This document shows positions 61,130 through 64,000 of a DNA stretch of 64,000 nt, in pieces (positions within the stretch are counted from its first letter, which is position 1; the number at the start of each line of letters is the position of its first letter). The stretch is from NCBI GenBank assembly GCA_030704615.1, contig CM060733.1, positions 55,242,001 to 55,306,000 on the forward strand. Direction: 5' to 3'. The notes beneath the pieces were generated by a model. The model was not told the DNA's origin, did not search any database, and saw only the letters and a list, made by a program, of their open reading frames with translations. Source of the stretch: Takakia lepidozioides. Its lineage: Eukaryota; Plantae; Bryophyta. A program made the translations under genes and the position numbers.

Positions 61130-64000
61130 GTGTATCATGGGGGTGTTTCCTATTTGTTTCCCTTTTCGCATTCATCTTAGCTACCTTACCATTGATAATT
61201 AAGTATTAGTTTGCTTCATCAATCTATCGGTTTTCTTCACTCATCCATTCAATCCACAGCTTCTCTCAGATCTCTCTACACAGTGTGATTGTATCTTATA
61301 AGTATCAGATTATGATTTATCAGGTATCAGGCCGAAGCCATTATGTCTCTAATCTGCTCTCCAATATCACTACAGCTTTGCATATAACAAGCATCTACTA
61401 ATCCTCTTTTCTCCTTCACCGTGCTCTCCATCTCTTGCCTCCGATCTCCGCTCCAGCCTGACTCAGAAGTCCTCCCCGAATAATGATGATCCTCCTTCAT
61501 TCCCCCTTTCTCCCTTTATCCTCCTATCCGCGGTTCTAACCGTTTCCCTCTCTAACCGTCGTCTGTGAACTAACATGTTCCCTTCACAGGTGTTGTTCCC
61601 CACAGTCGTTCCCTATTATCGTGACAGCTGTGTCAAGCGGTGACTGGCTGTGTTTGGCTGTGTCGGGCTGTGACTGGCTGTGTGGCTGTGCCGGGCTGTG
61701 ACTGGCTGTGTGGGCTGTGTCTGCTGTGACGACTGTGACGAGCTGTGTTGGCTGTGTGGGCTGTGACGACTGTGACGGGCTGTGTTGACTGTGTAACCCC
61801 CTCTACAGTGCGTTGCTGTCACCCCTAAGGCTCCTGTTGGTCTCAGTCTGTGCAAAAATTAAGGGTACCCTACAGATCCCGTATAAGTGTCTAAGTCTCC
61901 TACAGTCCTCTAACATTACCCCTTCCCCCTCAAAAAGCCGTGTCCTCACGGTTTACTGTTTCCGAGTAGCAAACCTTTGTGAGTGAGCACCTTGTTGACG
62001 TTGAGAGTTTCGTGGTGGACTGTGTGTACGAGCCCGAGGTCTGTCTCTGGTTGATGGAGATGGTTGATCACTACCTGGATAAGTGAGGCTTCTGGAGGCT
62101 GATATCGAGGTAATCTTTCCGGCATAGGAGATCCCTTTGTTTCTTCTCTTCCATCTGAATTGCATAGTCTTCTCCCATGTCAAAAGAATTCTGTGAAGAA
62201 ACAGTTGTATCAGAATCCTCATCGCCTCTCAGGTGTTTTAATTTTCGAACTTTTTGTGGAATCATCTGGGGCATACAATGCTGTCCTACCATGTCTGGAA
62301 GTTTGTATTTTACAACTTGGTGTAACCGCTGAACAGCAAAATTGGTGTAGGCACTGAGCTCCTTGTCTGTCCAGATGAGTGGGGTACCAATTATTGGTGT
62401 AGCGTGCAAGTACTTCCATGCCACATGTCCCTTATAGAAAATGTCATCAAGTCCGAATTTCTGTGTTGACAAATGGTTGCAGGCTGCTTGAAACCATGAA
62501 CGAATTTGAGAATCCTTCTGCATCATAACTTTTGGGTCATATAGGTACATATGAGGTGGCACCGAAGGTAATACCCAATGATCTCCACTGGAGTAACTTT
62601 GAAAGCGTGTTTGCATCTTTTGTTGCTCAATGTGGTAACGTACCAGAAAACAAGCAGCGTAGTATAGCCCGCACCCCATGACAATACTTGCTATCTCCTT
62701 GGTCTTGGTATAAATGAGTCCATGTACAACCTCCGGCTGTGGTGGCTGTGGTGTGGTTGTAGTAACCACAGGTTCAGCTACTGGTACACTGACCTGTTGT
62801 GGTGGTGGTGGTGGTACTGGCTCCTGTATCATTGGCATCTCCTGCACCTCCTGTGAAGACTGAAAAGCCAAAGTTCTGGCTTGTAAATAAGAAGCCATTA
62901 GCTGGTCCTGAGGGATATAGACTCTTTGGTCGATGTTTGAAGTGAGGTCTTCCACTTGAGTCTGGAGTCCGTCTACATCCTCTTGTAACTCTGCTATCCT
63001 ACTATAGACATTGTCTATAGTAGTTGTGGCAATGTTCTGCACCTGCAGCCTGAGCTCATTCATCTCGCTTTGGGTGAGCTTCCGTGGGCTTTTGCCCTCT
63101 ACTGGCCCTTGTGCTAACCAGACCTGCATAAGGCTGTTATCCACCAAGCTGCTTGTGGTTCCCCTGAGAGTTTGCTCCTCTCTTAGCTTGTACAATTCCA
63201 ACTGCTGTTGTAAAGCCTCCATGCGCTTCGCCTGTGGCTCAACCAATTGCGCATAGGCAGCAAGTAGATTATTGGCTTCCTTCGAAGCTTGTTACTAACC
63301 GCGATTTCATTTCTATTGGCCACGATGGTTTGTTGCAACTCCACGATGTGTTTCTCTTGATCAGCTTCCCTCTGCCTGTATTGCTTGAAAGTATCTTCAT
63401 GGCGACAGATTGTATTCTTCATATCGACAATGAGCTTCATTTGCTCAACATTCTCTTCTTCTGCCTTCGTACATTTTTCCGCTTGACTGTTTATTTCTTT
63501 GTTGTTGATTGGTCAAGCATAGTTGTAAATGTAGCACATTGTATCGCCATCCTGTTATGCACTGTCTGCAACTTCGTATGTAATGCATTCAGTTCTTGCA
63601 ACTTGCTCTCATGCTGCACCTGCATTTGGTATAGTTGTTGCTTATGTGCTTCGTGCAACTGGTCTTGCGCGAGGCCTGCCTCAATCAATTGTTGCTTGGC
63701 CAACTGCAAAGCCATTTCTGTATTGCCCAAGTCCTGCTTCATCTTGAGAGTGACCTCTTCATCGACCTTGTTTGCACACTCAGTGGCAAGTCGAGCCTCA
63801 AACTCCTTCCTGAGTTCCTCTTTCAAGGCTATCAATTGGGTAATTGGAACATGGGATTTGACATAAGTCCCCAACAAATTAAGTGTCCTGCCTATGGAAC
63901 TCATCAGCATTGCCTGTTGAGGGTCATCATGGTGAGGTTGCTGCTGTTCCTCCTGATCTTCAACAGTATGATGTATCACTAACCATTCAGGCCATTGTCC
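61130..64000 (-). mobile_element. 3' part of an LTR retrotransposon with a large additional ORF upstream of the PPT; LTR starts at 61915, its distal end is uncertain
   Basis: Minus strand reads ...GAGGACACGGCTTTTTGAGGGGGAAGGGGTAA (PPT) followed by TGTTAGAG. Coiled-coil ORFs 63979-63491, 63440-63183 and 63246-62071 lie in the same orientation. Confidence 0.6.
61620..61795. repeat. CTGTG-based minisatellite within an LTR-like region
   Basis: Repeated GGCTGTG(T/A) and CTGTGAC units. Confidence 0.85.

Overview
This is nuclear DNA from a land plant, probably one with flagellated sperm (inferred from a SPATA17-like gene, spliceosomal introns, Lhca2 and a PLS-DYW PPR gene). It is dense in transposons and heavily rearranged. 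Likely intact host genes are: a 4-exon SPATA17-like IQ-motif gene (1148-3254), a nuclear group II intron maturase-like ORF with dead RT catalytic sites (25932-27899), a PLS-E-DYW PPR gene whose N-terminus carries an intron-split OSB-type PDF motif (about 28589-31883), and a 5-exon Lhca2 (42104-43870). Pseudogenic debris includes an inverted partial Lhca2 copy, PPR fragments, tandem arrays of PDF-motif exon pairs (about 10-11 kb and 54-55 kb) and a pectin methylesterase 3' fragment. Mobile DNA includes a near-complete chromovirus (12688-19556, minus strand), a second scrambled Ty3/gypsy, copia and other LTR fragments, non-autonomous CACTA and hAT elements with TSDs, CACTA transposase remnants, and an LTR element with a large extra 3' ORF. 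Two things stand out. (1) A Ty3/gypsy polyprotein carries a complete DNMT3-like C5 cytosine methyltransferase in frame between protease and RT, plus a PHD-like tail (46.6-51.1 kb). (2) A same-strand cluster of organellar nucleic-acid modules (maturase, PDF motifs, PPR, DYW) may splice into chimeric proteins. All calls come from reading motifs by eye; no searches were run.
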